Shown here: one piece after another, positions 30,789 through 39,385 of the stretch
Layout: the number at the start of each line of letters is the position of its first letter
Position numbering within the stretch: the stretch's first letter is position 1
Assembly (NCBI GenBank): GCA_038874135.1
Contig: JAVZCZ010000001.1
Coordinates: 800,001 to 864,000 of the forward strand
Source of the DNA: Candidatus Woesearchaeota archaeon
GTDB lineage: Archaea; Nanobdellota; Nanobdellia; Woesearchaeales; 0-14-0-80-44-23
Length of the DNA stretch: 64,000 nt
Reading direction: 5' to 3'
Made by a program: the position numbers and the translations under genes
The notes under the pieces: model-generated
Seen by the model: only the letters and a program-made list of their open reading frames with translations
What the model was told of the DNA's origin: nothing
Databases searched by the model: none

Positions 30789-32061
30789 AAGAGCTGAAGG
30801 AGCTGCTTATAAGATACGAATTGGCTTATCCGAGCGCTTCAGAGCATTATTTCTGATGCTATCCCTGGTAGGCCCAGGGCTTATAACAGCATTTGCAGAT
30901 AATGATGCAGGAGGCGTATCTACATATTCTGTGGCTGGAGCAACTCTTGGCTATAATATATTGTGGTCTCTACTCCCTGTTACGGTACTTTTGATAATAG
31001 TTCAGGAGATGTCCGCACGCCTCGGAATAGTAACCGGCAAGGGGCTTGCAGACCTCATAAGAGAGAGATACGGCGTTAAAATAACTCTCTTCTTAATGAT
31101 AGGATTATTTTTGGCTAACATCTCAACCACCATAGGAGACTTTGCAGGGATAGCTGCTTCAGGAGACCTATTCAACATACCCCGCTGGGTGATAGTGCCT
31201 CTTACAGCAATAATTCTACTTCTCATAATGATTAAGGGAGATTACAGAACTGCTGAGAAGGCAATGTTCATCTTAATATTTTTTTATATTACCTATGTTC
31301 TTGCTGGAATAATGGCGAAGCCCAACTGGAGCCTCGCTCTTAAATCAACATTCCTACCAAAAATTGAGTTTACACCAACTTACATATACATACTAGTAGG
31401 TGTGATCGGAACAACTATTACACCCTGGATGCAGTTCTACCTTCAATCCACATATGTTGAAAAGGGAATTTCAGTAAAGGATTATAGATTTGCAAAAGCA
31501 GAGGTAATTCTCAGTTCAATAGTGAGTGACAGTGTAAGCTTCTTTATGATTTTGACCTGCGCAGCCACCCTATACTATGCTGGCATAAGTATAAACTCAG
31601 CTCAGGAGGCAGCACTCGCTCTTAAGCCGCTGGCAGGAGAGTACGCTTATATCCTCTTCGGCGTAGGACTCTTTTTTGCTTCATCAATAGGAGCAATCCT
31701 CGTGCCAGTTTCAACATCTTTCTCAATCTGTGAAGGAATAGGATTTGAAAGTGGCCTTAATAAGACGATGAAGGAAGCCCCAGTCTTTTACGGGCTGCTC
31801 ATAGCAACCGTCGTTATAAGTGCCGGTTTGGTTTTAATTCCTAACCTGCCGCTGATAAAGATAATGGTCTTCTCGCAAGTATTCTCCGGAATGGTTTTAC
31901 CATTTATCATGATTGCAACGCTCAGAATAGTGAATGATAAAAAGCTTATGGGTGAGTATGTAAACTCAAAGGGGTTTAACATAATAGCCTACGCGGGCGC
32001 CTACCTTGTAATACTGATGACAGCATATCTAGTTTATATGTCTGTTCGCACAATAATTTAA
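30730..32061 (+). CDS. NRAMP-family divalent metal transporter (NRMT-like)
   Basis: GPGLITAFADNDAGG, QEMSARLG, GTTITPW. Confidence 0.9.
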   Translation: MVQKINPLKRRAGEKKQRSERAEGAAYKIRIGLSERFRALFLMLSLVGPGLITAFADNDAGGVSTYSVAGATLGYNILWSLLPVTVLLIIVQEMSARLGIVTGKGLADLIRERYGVKITLFLMIGLFLANISTTIGDFAGIAASGDLFNIPRWVIVPLTAIILLLIMIKGDYRTAEKAMFILIFFYITYVLAGIMAKPNWSLALKSTFLPKIEFTPTYIYILVGVIGTTITPWMQFYLQSTYVEKGISVKDYRFAKAEVILSSIVSDSVSFFMILTCAATLYYAGISINSAQEAALALKPLAGEYAYILFGVGLFFASSIGAILVPVSTSFSICEGIGFESGLNKTMKEAPVFYGLLIATVVISAGLVLIPNLPLIKIMVFSQVFSGMVLPFIMIATLRIVNDKKLMGEYVNSKGFNIIAYAGAYLVILMTAYLVYMSVRTII

Positions 32062-32077
32062 TAGTTAGAATCATAAA

Positions 32078-32401
32078 ATGTCTATTATGAACAGAAGAGT
32101 TTCATTTTCAGAAAGGGTTTACGAGGCTACGCGCAGAATTCCAAGGGGCAGAGTTTCAACATATGCAGAAATCGCCCGATTCTTGAAGTGCAGAGCGTTC
32201 CGCGCAGTGGGTAGTGCGCTTCATAAGAATCCTACACCTATGCTTGTGCCGTGTCACCGCGTTGTCAAATCAGACGGCTCAGTTGGAGGCTTTGCATTTG
32301 GCAAGAAGAAAAAAATTCAGCTTCTTATGAAGGAGGGGATTCTAATAAGAGGGGATAAAATAATTGATTTTGAAAAGAAATTCATAAGATTAAAAAAATA
32401 G
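32078..32401 (+). CDS. ogt: O6-methylguanine-DNA methyltransferase (MGMT/Ogt)
   Basis: IPRGRVSTY…RAVG…VPCHRVV. Confidence 0.9.
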   Translation: MSIMNRRVSFSERVYEATRRIPRGRVSTYAEIARFLKCRAFRAVGSALHKNPTPMLVPCHRVVKSDGSVGGFAFGKKKKIQLLMKEGILIRGDKIIDFEKKFIRLKK

Positions 32402-32403
32402 TT

Positions 32404-33348
32404 TCATTCTTTTAGACGGCTTTTTATCTTCTTTATCTCCTTATCCAGCTTCAACCTGTCTAAAAGTTCCTTATACCTATTCCTGATTGTAACCTCAGTT
32501 ACACCTGCAACATCAGCAACTTCCCTCTGAGTGCGCTTCTCTCCGTGGATCAGAGCGGAAACATACAAAGCTGCAGCAGCAATCCCCGTAGGACCCCTTC
32601 CAGAGGTTAACTCTTCACTCTGAGCCTTATCCAGAATTTCAACTGCCTTGCTCTGAGTTTCAGGACTAAGCTTCAGTGCAGAAGCAAACCTGGCTATGTA
32701 ATCGGCAGGGTTAGAAGGTATTATCTTTATTTCAAGCTCCCTAGTTATGAACCTGTATGTTCTTCCAATCTCCTTCTTTTCAATTCCAGAAGCTTCACTT
32801 AGCTCATCTAAGGTTCTCGGTACCTCGTGTCGCCTGCAAGCAGCGTATAGGGCGCCGGCAACTACAGATTCCATAGAGCGGCCCCTCACAAGTCCCTTCC
32901 TAACTGCTAGGGTGTATATTCTCGCTGCTTCCTCTTCAACTGACTTGGGAAGTTTCAGGTAGCTTACAACCCTCTTCAGCTCTGCCAGTGCCAGCTTAAG
33001 GTTTCTCTCTATTGCAGTGCTTATTCTGTACTGCCACTTTCTTAACCTGAAGAATTTGTTTCTAGCCTTTGAGGAAAATTGTGAAAAGTCAGCAGCCCTT
33101 CCGACCTCTGTGCCGAGGCCCTGATCGTACTGCGTGTATGTCATCGGGGCTCCTGAGCGCCTTCTGGATTCTGAATGATCCGAGTCAAACTCGCGCCACT
33201 CCTGGCCAAAATCCATCATCTTGTCGTCAATTACCAGCCCGCAATCCCGGCAGATGACTTCGCCCTTTTCCTTGTTTATGAAAAGGTTTGTGCTCCCGCA
33301 TTCCGGGCACTTTCTTACTGCTTTGCCTTTCAGCATCACATTAATCAC
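32404..33348 (-). CDS. tfb: Transcription initiation factor B
   Basis: CPECG Zn ribbon, EWREF, ERNL, GRGPTG, TEVTIRNRY. Confidence 0.97.
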   Translation of the reverse strand: MINVMLKGKAVRKCPECGSTNLFINKEKGEVICRDCGLVIDDKMMDFGQEWREFDSDHSESRRRSGAPMTYTQYDQGLGTEVGRAADFSQFSSKARNKFFRLRKWQYRISTAIERNLKLALAELKRVVSYLKLPKSVEEEAARIYTLAVRKGLVRGRSMESVVAGALYAACRRHEVPRTLDELSEASGIEKKEIGRTYRFITRELEIKIIPSNPADYIARFASALKLSPETQSKAVEILDKAQSEELTSGRGPTGIAAAALYVSALIHGEKRTQREVADVAGVTEVTIRNRYKELLDRLKLDKEIKKIKSRLKE

Positions 33349-33352
33349 CTTC

Positions 33353-33459
33353 TCGCGCTAAAATTAAGGACTGAATGAAGCTACAATTAGAACTTCCTGC
33401 CGTGGAAATTCTCTGCAGCGACACCCCCTTACCCTTTTATCCACTCAGCCCCTATGCGA
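33353..33459 (-). ncRNA. Candidate structured 5' leader RNA of tfb
   Basis: On - strand: 15-bp, 7-bp and 9-bp stems with many G-U pairs, between the TATA box (~33488-33495) and the RBS. Confidence 0.55.
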
Positions 33460-33570
33460 TAGTTTTAAATACTTAAAACAAAACTACTATTTAAATCTTT
33501 CTATCAATTCTATTTTAAACTTTGATGTTAAAACGCAAGATATTTATTTTTTTACCACTTTCTAATAGAT

Positions 33571-34674
33571 ATGTTATCTGAAATTTTTGAGAAAACCAAA
33601 AGCAGGATGCTCTCTAGCATAGACTCAATAATAGATAACATATTAAGAGAGCGAACTTTGCTTGGCATGACAATACCGAAAGGCAGTATCAACATAGAGC
33701 CAGAATTAGCAGGGGATGAACTGGCATATGTAAATATTGAAGATGCTAAAACTATTCACATAAACTTAGCGCGCATCGTCAGCAGCGAATATGAGCTTCA
33801 CGCTTCCTTAAATGTTGTTTATTCCTTCTTTAAGGTAGTTCAATTTGCAAAACAGAACTCTGAAAACCAACAAGCGAGCGAGCCTGTTAAAGAGAACCAG
33901 CTTTTCATTAAATTTTTAGAAAACCCGCAAGAAGTAATCAAGGGAATAGACCGAGAATATGTTGAAGCATTTAAACGCTCATACGACTTAAAAGCTTTAT
34001 TTGACTTAACAAGACGAGTTGAATTATGGCTGGCTAGCAGATTAGATACTTACAAAGAGGATGCTGAGCAGCTAAAGCTAATACTGACACACGAGATAGA
34101 CCACCTTGCTTTCATGCAAACTAGCTTCTACGAGAGGTTTTACGCGCTCATTCAAGAGTGGAAAAACCTAATGTGTGAAGAACAAAAAAAGGTGATTAGC
34201 CTGTTCTTCTTTAAACCAAGCGAAAAATTAGAACACCTCACACAAATGCTAATCCGCGATTATATCCCAATAGTGCTAAGTGAAGAGTGCAGGGCGTATG
34301 CAATCCAGTACAGCTCATATACCTACAAACAGATCACTAAACCAAATACAGCCCGGAACGACTTTGAAGAGCTCAGAGATAATATTATAAGTACATGCCT
34401 CAATAACTATCTTTACAGCTCCAGCCACGGAATTCTCAGCAGCATTGCGAGGATAATTAGAAGCGTTTACCCGCAAAGTGCGGAGATATCACTTACAACA
34501 ATTCCGAAACTAAGTTGGAACTATAGCAGCTGGGAGAGGCATACAAGAAATCTGCTGCCTAAAATAGCGGACATCCATTCCGAAACAATCCTCACACACC
34601 CTGCACTTTTCGGTTATGCTGACCTAAACGCAAAAACAATTACAGAATACCTTGCCATCCTGGATTGGGATTAA
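33571..34674 (+). CDS. Hypothetical protein with HEXXH motif
   Basis: 367 aa; LTHEIDHL followed by a later EECRAY glutamate. Confidence 0.7.
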   Translation: MLSEIFEKTKSRMLSSIDSIIDNILRERTLLGMTIPKGSINIEPELAGDELAYVNIEDAKTIHINLARIVSSEYELHASLNVVYSFFKVVQFAKQNSENQQASEPVKENQLFIKFLENPQEVIKGIDREYVEAFKRSYDLKALFDLTRRVELWLASRLDTYKEDAEQLKLILTHEIDHLAFMQTSFYERFYALIQEWKNLMCEEQKKVISLFFFKPSEKLEHLTQMLIRDYIPIVLSEECRAYAIQYSSYTYKQITKPNTARNDFEELRDNIISTCLNNYLYSSSHGILSSIARIIRSVYPQSAEISLTTIPKLSWNYSSWERHTRNLLPKIADIHSETILTHPALFGYADLNAKTITEYLAILDWD

Positions 34675-34718
34675 ATCACAATTTTTTTAAATTAAACAAA
34701 TTCCCCTAATCTTTGAAT

Positions 34719-34827
34719 GCCGGGGTCGCATAATCTGGTAGTGCGCCAGCCTGGAAAGCTGGTGCCCGAAAGGGCTTCTGGGTTCAAAACATCTCTGAGC
34801 AGAGATGTGAAATTCCCAGCTCCGGCG
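34719..34827 (+). tRNA. tRNA-Ser(GGA) with 25-nt intron (34789-34813) in the T-loop (59/60)
   Basis: Acceptor GCCGGGG/CTCCGGC; CCAGC-CTGGAAA-GCTGG; variable arm GCCC-GAAA-GGGC; perfect BHB in T-arm. Confidence 0.93.
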
Positions 34828-34876
34828 TTCATTTTTTTCTAAAAAAATTTATACTCTAAAACATGAATATCCAAAT

Positions 34877-35533
34877 ATGAGCAGCATAAGAGAAAATGTG
34901 CAGAAAATACTATCTGAAATACCTCAGCAAGTTTCCCTTCTTGCAGCCACAAAATCTCAGCCTCTTGAAAGCGTAATTGAAGCTATAAACTCGGGAGTCA
35001 GAATAATAGGCGAAAATTATGTTAAGGAAGCAGAGCTTAAGTTTGGAAAAAGTGGCGAAAAAATAAGAAGCATGACAGAGCTTCACATGATAGGAGCACT
35101 TCAAAAGAGAAATGTAGCTAAAGCTCTTAGAATATTTGATGTCATACAGGGAGTCCCCTCATTAGAGGTTGCGCGCGAGATATCCCGAAGGGCAAAAGCT
35201 CCTGTAAGAATCTTCCTTGAAGTCAATATTGCTTCAGAGCCTACAAAGTCCGGATTTAAGCCTGAAGAAGCTAAAAAAGCAGCTCTTGAAATCTCCAAGC
35301 TGCCAAACATAATTTTGGAAGGAATAATGAGCATGCCGCAGGCGAATTCAGAACAGGAGCTCAGAGCTTACTTCAGAAATGCGAAGTTGCTTTTTGAATC
35401 AATAAGAAAAGAGATTCCCTCACTTAAGCACCTCTCTATGGGAATGAGCCAAGACTACAAAATTGCAGTTGAAGAGGGCTCAACAATGATAAGAGTAGGA
35501 ACTGCAATATTCGGAGAGAGAAATAAAAAGTAA
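34877..35533 (+). CDS. yggS: PLP homeostasis protein YggS/PROSC
   Basis: LLAATK, GENYVKE, HMIGALQ, LSMGMSQDY…EGSTMIRVGTAIFG. Confidence 0.94.
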   Translation: MSSIRENVQKILSEIPQQVSLLAATKSQPLESVIEAINSGVRIIGENYVKEAELKFGKSGEKIRSMTELHMIGALQKRNVAKALRIFDVIQGVPSLEVAREISRRAKAPVRIFLEVNIASEPTKSGFKPEEAKKAALEISKLPNIILEGIMSMPQANSEQELRAYFRNAKLLFESIRKEIPSLKHLSMGMSQDYKIAVEEGSTMIRVGTAIFGERNKK

Positions 35534-35536
35534 AAC

Positions 35537-36805
35537 TCAACTCGTGCCCTCCCTCCACTCATCTAAGTATTTCTTCTGCTCAGGAGTCATTGAATCAATA
35601 ACTATGCCGTTAACCTTCAACTCCAGCGCAGCTATGCTATTATCAATCTCAGAAGGAAGCTCAATAACCTTTGCAGGAAGCTTTCCCCTATTCTTAACCA
35701 GGTATTCTACAGCAAGGGCCTGCCCACAAAATGAGAGGCTCATCACCTCTGAAGGATGCCCCTCTGCAGCAGCCAAGTTTACAAGCCGCCCATCTGCACA
35801 GAGATAAACCCTCCTGCCAAAGATTTGAAACTCTTCCAGGAAGGGCCTTATCCTCCTGCTTTTTGAGCTCTTCCTCTTTAAAGACTCAACATCAATCTCA
35901 ACATTGAAGTGTCCCGCATTTGCCAGAATTGCTCCGTCCTTCATAAGCTTCATGTGTTCTAAGCTTATGATTCTCTTGTTACCAGTCGCTGTAATAAAGA
36001 TGTCACCCCTCTTAGCAGCTTCCCTCATAGGCATCACCCTAAAGCCGTCTAGGTGTGCCTGAAGCGCTCTGAACGGATCAACCTCTGTAACTATAACATT
36101 TGCTCCCATTCCCTTAGCCCTTAGAGCAATTCCTTTTCCGCAGTCGCCATAGCCCGACACCACAACAACCTTTCCAGCGAATAATATATTAGTAGCTCTT
36201 ATCACGCCGTCAATTGCTGACTGGCCAGTGCCATAATAGTTATCCACTAGATGCTTTGTCTTGTTATCATTAACTGCAATTACAGGATACTTTAAGGCGT
36301 TGCCCTTTTCCATAGCTCTAAGCCTTATAACCCCTGTAGTTGTCTCCTCACACCCTCCAATCATATTAGGTATCATCTCAGGATGTTTAGAGTGTATCTC
36401 ATTTACCAGGTCGCATCCGTCGTCAATAGTAATCTGTGGGTTGAAGGATATTACTCTGTTGAGGTTTTCATAATACTCCTGAGTTGTTTCTCCCTTCCAG
36501 GCATAGACTCTTATTCCTTCTAATGCTAGTGCAGCGGCTACATCATCCTGAGTGGATAAGGGATTGCAGGAGCAGATTGCAACTTCAGCACCCCCCGCTC
36601 TAAGCGTCCTAACCAGGACAGCTGTCTCTTTTGTAATGTGCAGAGCCATCCCAACCTTTATTCCCTTTAACGGCTTTTCCTTTTGGAACCTCTTTCTTAA
36701 TTCCAAGAGGGCTTTCATGTGGGCTTCAGCCCATTCTATATTTCTTAGCCCCTGCTCTGCAAGGGACATGTCCTTAACCTTGTAATCAGAAAATACCTGC
36801 TGCAT
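35537..36805 (-). CDS. ahcY: Adenosylhomocysteinase
   Basis: [29 protein letters not shown]…GHP. Confidence 0.97.
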   Translation of the reverse strand: MQQVFSDYKVKDMSLAEQGLRNIEWAEAHMKALLELRKRFQKEKPLKGIKVGMALHITKETAVLVRTLRAGGAEVAICSCNPLSTQDDVAAALALEGIRVYAWKGETTQEYYENLNRVISFNPQITIDDGCDLVNEIHSKHPEMIPNMIGGCEETTTGVIRLRAMEKGNALKYPVIAVNDNKTKHLVDNYYGTGQSAIDGVIRATNILFAGKVVVVSGYGDCGKGIALRAKGMGANVIVTEVDPFRALQAHLDGFRVMPMREAAKRGDIFITATGNKRIISLEHMKLMKDGAILANAGHFNVEIDVESLKRKSSKSRRIRPFLEEFQIFGRRVYLCADGRLVNLAAAEGHPSEVMSLSFCGQALAVEYLVKNRGKLPAKVIELPSEIDNSIAALELKVNGIVIDSMTPEQKKYLDEWREGTS

Positions 36806-36864
36806 TTCTTTTCACCTCAGGATTTCGGCTTCTGATCGTGCTTTATTTATTAATCTTTGTATTC

Positions 36865-38073
36865 TCAGCCGTTTCTTAGTTGTATACATTTTACTATCTT
36901 CTTGAAAACCTCTTCTGCGTAATCCTTTTTGTATTTGCTGCACAATCTTTTAAGCTCTTCAGCATTTACTGTTATTTTTTTATTATTTAATAGTTTCATC
37001 CGCGAGATTATGAACTGGCAGAATTGAGTTGTATTGGATGGTTTTTTTGTAAATCTTGCCCTTTCAAAGTCAATCATTTTAAAAGTTCCTTTATTTCCAA
37101 CTATTATATGTTTTGTAGGATGGTGCATCTCCCCCTTTTCAATTTTTAGAGAGTCCAGCCTTCTGCATTCTTTTAATATTCCAATAATTACTTTTAGTGC
37201 TTCTTCCCCACTACACTTTTGTAAGTACTCCTCTATTCTATCTCCTTCTAAAAATTCTTCAACGAGAAACTTCTCTTTCCAAAAAAATAATTTTGGCACT
37301 TTAAATTTTTCTTTTGCTAATATTCCAAGAAATCTCGCTTCATTCTCAATTCTACCCACTGCTTTTGACTCAGGATTCTCTAATTTTACAGCAACTTTCT
37401 TCCCTTTGAAAATTCCCAGGTGTACTACGCCCCTGTGCCCCTTAGCTATCTTTTTCAAAACTCTTATTCCAAGCGATTCCAGCTGCTTCAACTCTTCTGA
37501 TTTTCTTATGAGTAGTGCGTAGAGCTCTTCAAAAGCCACCTTTCTACTTCCCGCCAGCTCGCTTTTGAGAAGGTTATCTCTAATTATCTCTTCAACCCTT
37601 TTTCGTCCAGTTATTGAAGAGAATGCTACCAGTGCTAGCCCATCCCTATTGAGATGCTGCGGAAGTTCAGAGATAAACCTTTCAATTGTTTCATAACCCC
37701 TTTTTCCTCCGCAGAGAGCCATTTCCAGCATGTCTTTCTCAGCATTCTTCTCCTCAGGAAGGTAGGGTGGATTGAATATTATGAAATCAAACATTCCCGG
37801 AATCCTTTCAAAGAGGTCGGATAGCACTGTTCTTATTTGTACTCCGTTCTGCAAGGCATTTTTGCGTGCCAGCTTAAGCGCTTCGGGATTAATGTCTGAA
37901 GCAACGACCTCCCTTACCTTAGGATTTGCGGCAGCAGCTATTGCTAGAATTCCAGAACCCGTTCCCACGTCTAATACACGCCCAAAAGCATACCTGCCTA
38001 CCAGCTCCTGCATCAAGTAAGAATCTTCCTGTGGCTCATAGACATTCTCGCTGAATGAGAGCTTCATAACCAT
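36865..38073 (-). CDS. HemK2-like methyltransferase fused to an archaeal Ser/Thr kinase-like domain
   Basis: VYEPQEDS, DVGTGSG, FNPPY; C-terminal IAKGHRG…VAVK…NEARFL…IDFE. Confidence 0.85.
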   Translation of the reverse strand: MVMKLSFSENVYEPQEDSYLMQELVGRYAFGRVLDVGTGSGILAIAAAANPKVREVVASDINPEALKLARKNALQNGVQIRTVLSDLFERIPGMFDFIIFNPPYLPEEKNAEKDMLEMALCGGKRGYETIERFISELPQHLNRDGLALVAFSSITGRKRVEEIIRDNLLKSELAGSRKVAFEELYALLIRKSEELKQLESLGIRVLKKIAKGHRGVVHLGIFKGKKVAVKLENPESKAVGRIENEARFLGILAKEKFKVPKLFFWKEKFLVEEFLEGDRIEEYLQKCSGEEALKVIIGILKECRRLDSLKIEKGEMHHPTKHIIVGNKGTFKMIDFERARFTKKPSNTTQFCQFIISRMKLLNNKKITVNAEELKRLCSKYKKDYAEEVFKKIVKCIQLRNG

Positions 38074-38102
38074 TAAAACTTAACATTTTATTAAAAATTT
38101 TC

Positions 38103-38642
38103 CTAAGCACGGCTCTTCTTCAAGAACCGAATTATCCTGTCAGCAACCTCTTCTGCAGGAATTTTATCTGTGTTTATCACCAAATCAAAATTCTTCTTAT
38201 CATAAACATTCACGCCATAGTACTTCTTATATCTAAGAGCGTCACTCTCATTTCTCCTTCTTATCCCTTTCAGGGCTTCTTTGAAACTCTTAAACTCTTC
38301 AGCAGTTCTCTTATCCTTCATTATCCTACGGGCAGCTTCCTCATCACTCACATCCAGGAAGACTTTCACCGAGTTTGGAATAAAAAAAAAGCTAAGCCTT
38401 CCATCTATCACAAAGTTGTCTTCCTTGCTTCCAAGCTCCTTCTGGTATTCATCAACGCTCTTATCTGTAAAATCGTTTTCTTCTCCAAGTCTGTTCAGCT
38501 CTTCTAGAGTAATTCCCATCTGTTCAGCCATCTTCCTCCTGAGATCGCCTACGCTGTAGTATCTCAACCCAAGCTTCTGAGCAAGTATTCTACCAACAGT
38601 GCTTTTTCCAGAGCCTGCAACTCCTGAGATTGTTATTATCAC
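38103..38642 (-). CDS. cmk: Cytidylate kinase (archaeal type)
   Basis: ITISGVAGSGKST, VIDGRL, RYKKYYG; GTG start overlaps the upstream TGA. Confidence 0.92.
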   Translation of the reverse strand: MIITISGVAGSGKSTVGRILAQKLGLRYYSVGDLRRKMAEQMGITLEELNRLGEENDFTDKSVDEYQKELGSKEDNFVIDGRLSFFFIPNSVKVFLDVSDEEAARRIMKDKRTAEEFKSFKEALKGIRRRNESDALRYKKYYGVNVYDKKNFDLVINTDKIPAEEVADRIIRFLKKSRA

Positions 38643-39385
38643 ATTACACCACCATACTCCACGCCGAACCATCTGTAAAGGAAGAGCTTAATAACTGCCG
38701 GGACATAAGTCTTAAACGCCTTCTTATAATTAAATTTTGAGCTTCCGCGCCTTCTCACACCCAGTACTAGCGGTATCTCCTTAAATTTGAGCCTCATCCG
38801 AATGATTTTAACGCTACTCTCCAGAGGAGCTTCAAACCCTCTGCTTTTAAGAGATATTCTTTCAGCTGCTTCCTTTCTATAAGCTCTAAAGCCGGAAGTC
38901 ATGTCCCTAATGCCGGACCAGAATATTAAGCGAAATATCCAGTTGCAAACAATAGTTATCGCCTGCCTCCAAGCAGGTATTCCACGCATTCCTCCCCCTG
39001 AGACATATCTTGAGCATATTACCACGTCATACCCCCTTTCTATGTTTCTAAGCATCTCATCCACTTTTGATAGGGGATGCGTCAGGTCAGCATCCATGTT
39101 TATCACAACAGCACCCCTTGCCCTTGAAAAGCCTGTAGAGATCGCTGCGCCCATGCCTAAATTCTTCGCATGCTGAACAAGCTTAAGATTGGAATACTTC
39201 TTCATTAAGCCCTTTACAATCAGGGCAGTTTTGTCAGAAGAGCCATCATCCACTATTAAAAGTTCAAAGTGTCTTCCCTTAAAATAGGCCTCCACCTTAG
39301 CTATAGCTTCTCCTATCGCTTCTTCTTCATTCCACGCAGGTATCACTATTGTAAATTCGGGAACTTTCGCTTTTTGCATGCTCAT
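38639..39385 (-). CDS. GT2 glycosyltransferase (Dol-P-mannose synthase-like)
   Basis: VIPAWNEE, VDDGSSD, MDADLTH, SRY, DMTSGFRAY. Confidence 0.92.
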   Translation of the reverse strand: MSMQKAKVPEFTIVIPAWNEEEAIGEAIAKVEAYFKGRHFELLIVDDGSSDKTALIVKGLMKKYSNLKLVQHAKNLGMGAAISTGFSRARGAVVINMDADLTHPLSKVDEMLRNIERGYDVVICSRYVSGGGMRGIPAWRQAITIVCNWIFRLIFWSGIRDMTSGFRAYRKEAAERISLKSRGFEAPLESSVKIIRMRLKFKEIPLVLGVRRRGSSKFNYKKAFKTYVPAVIKLFLYRWFGVEYGGVM

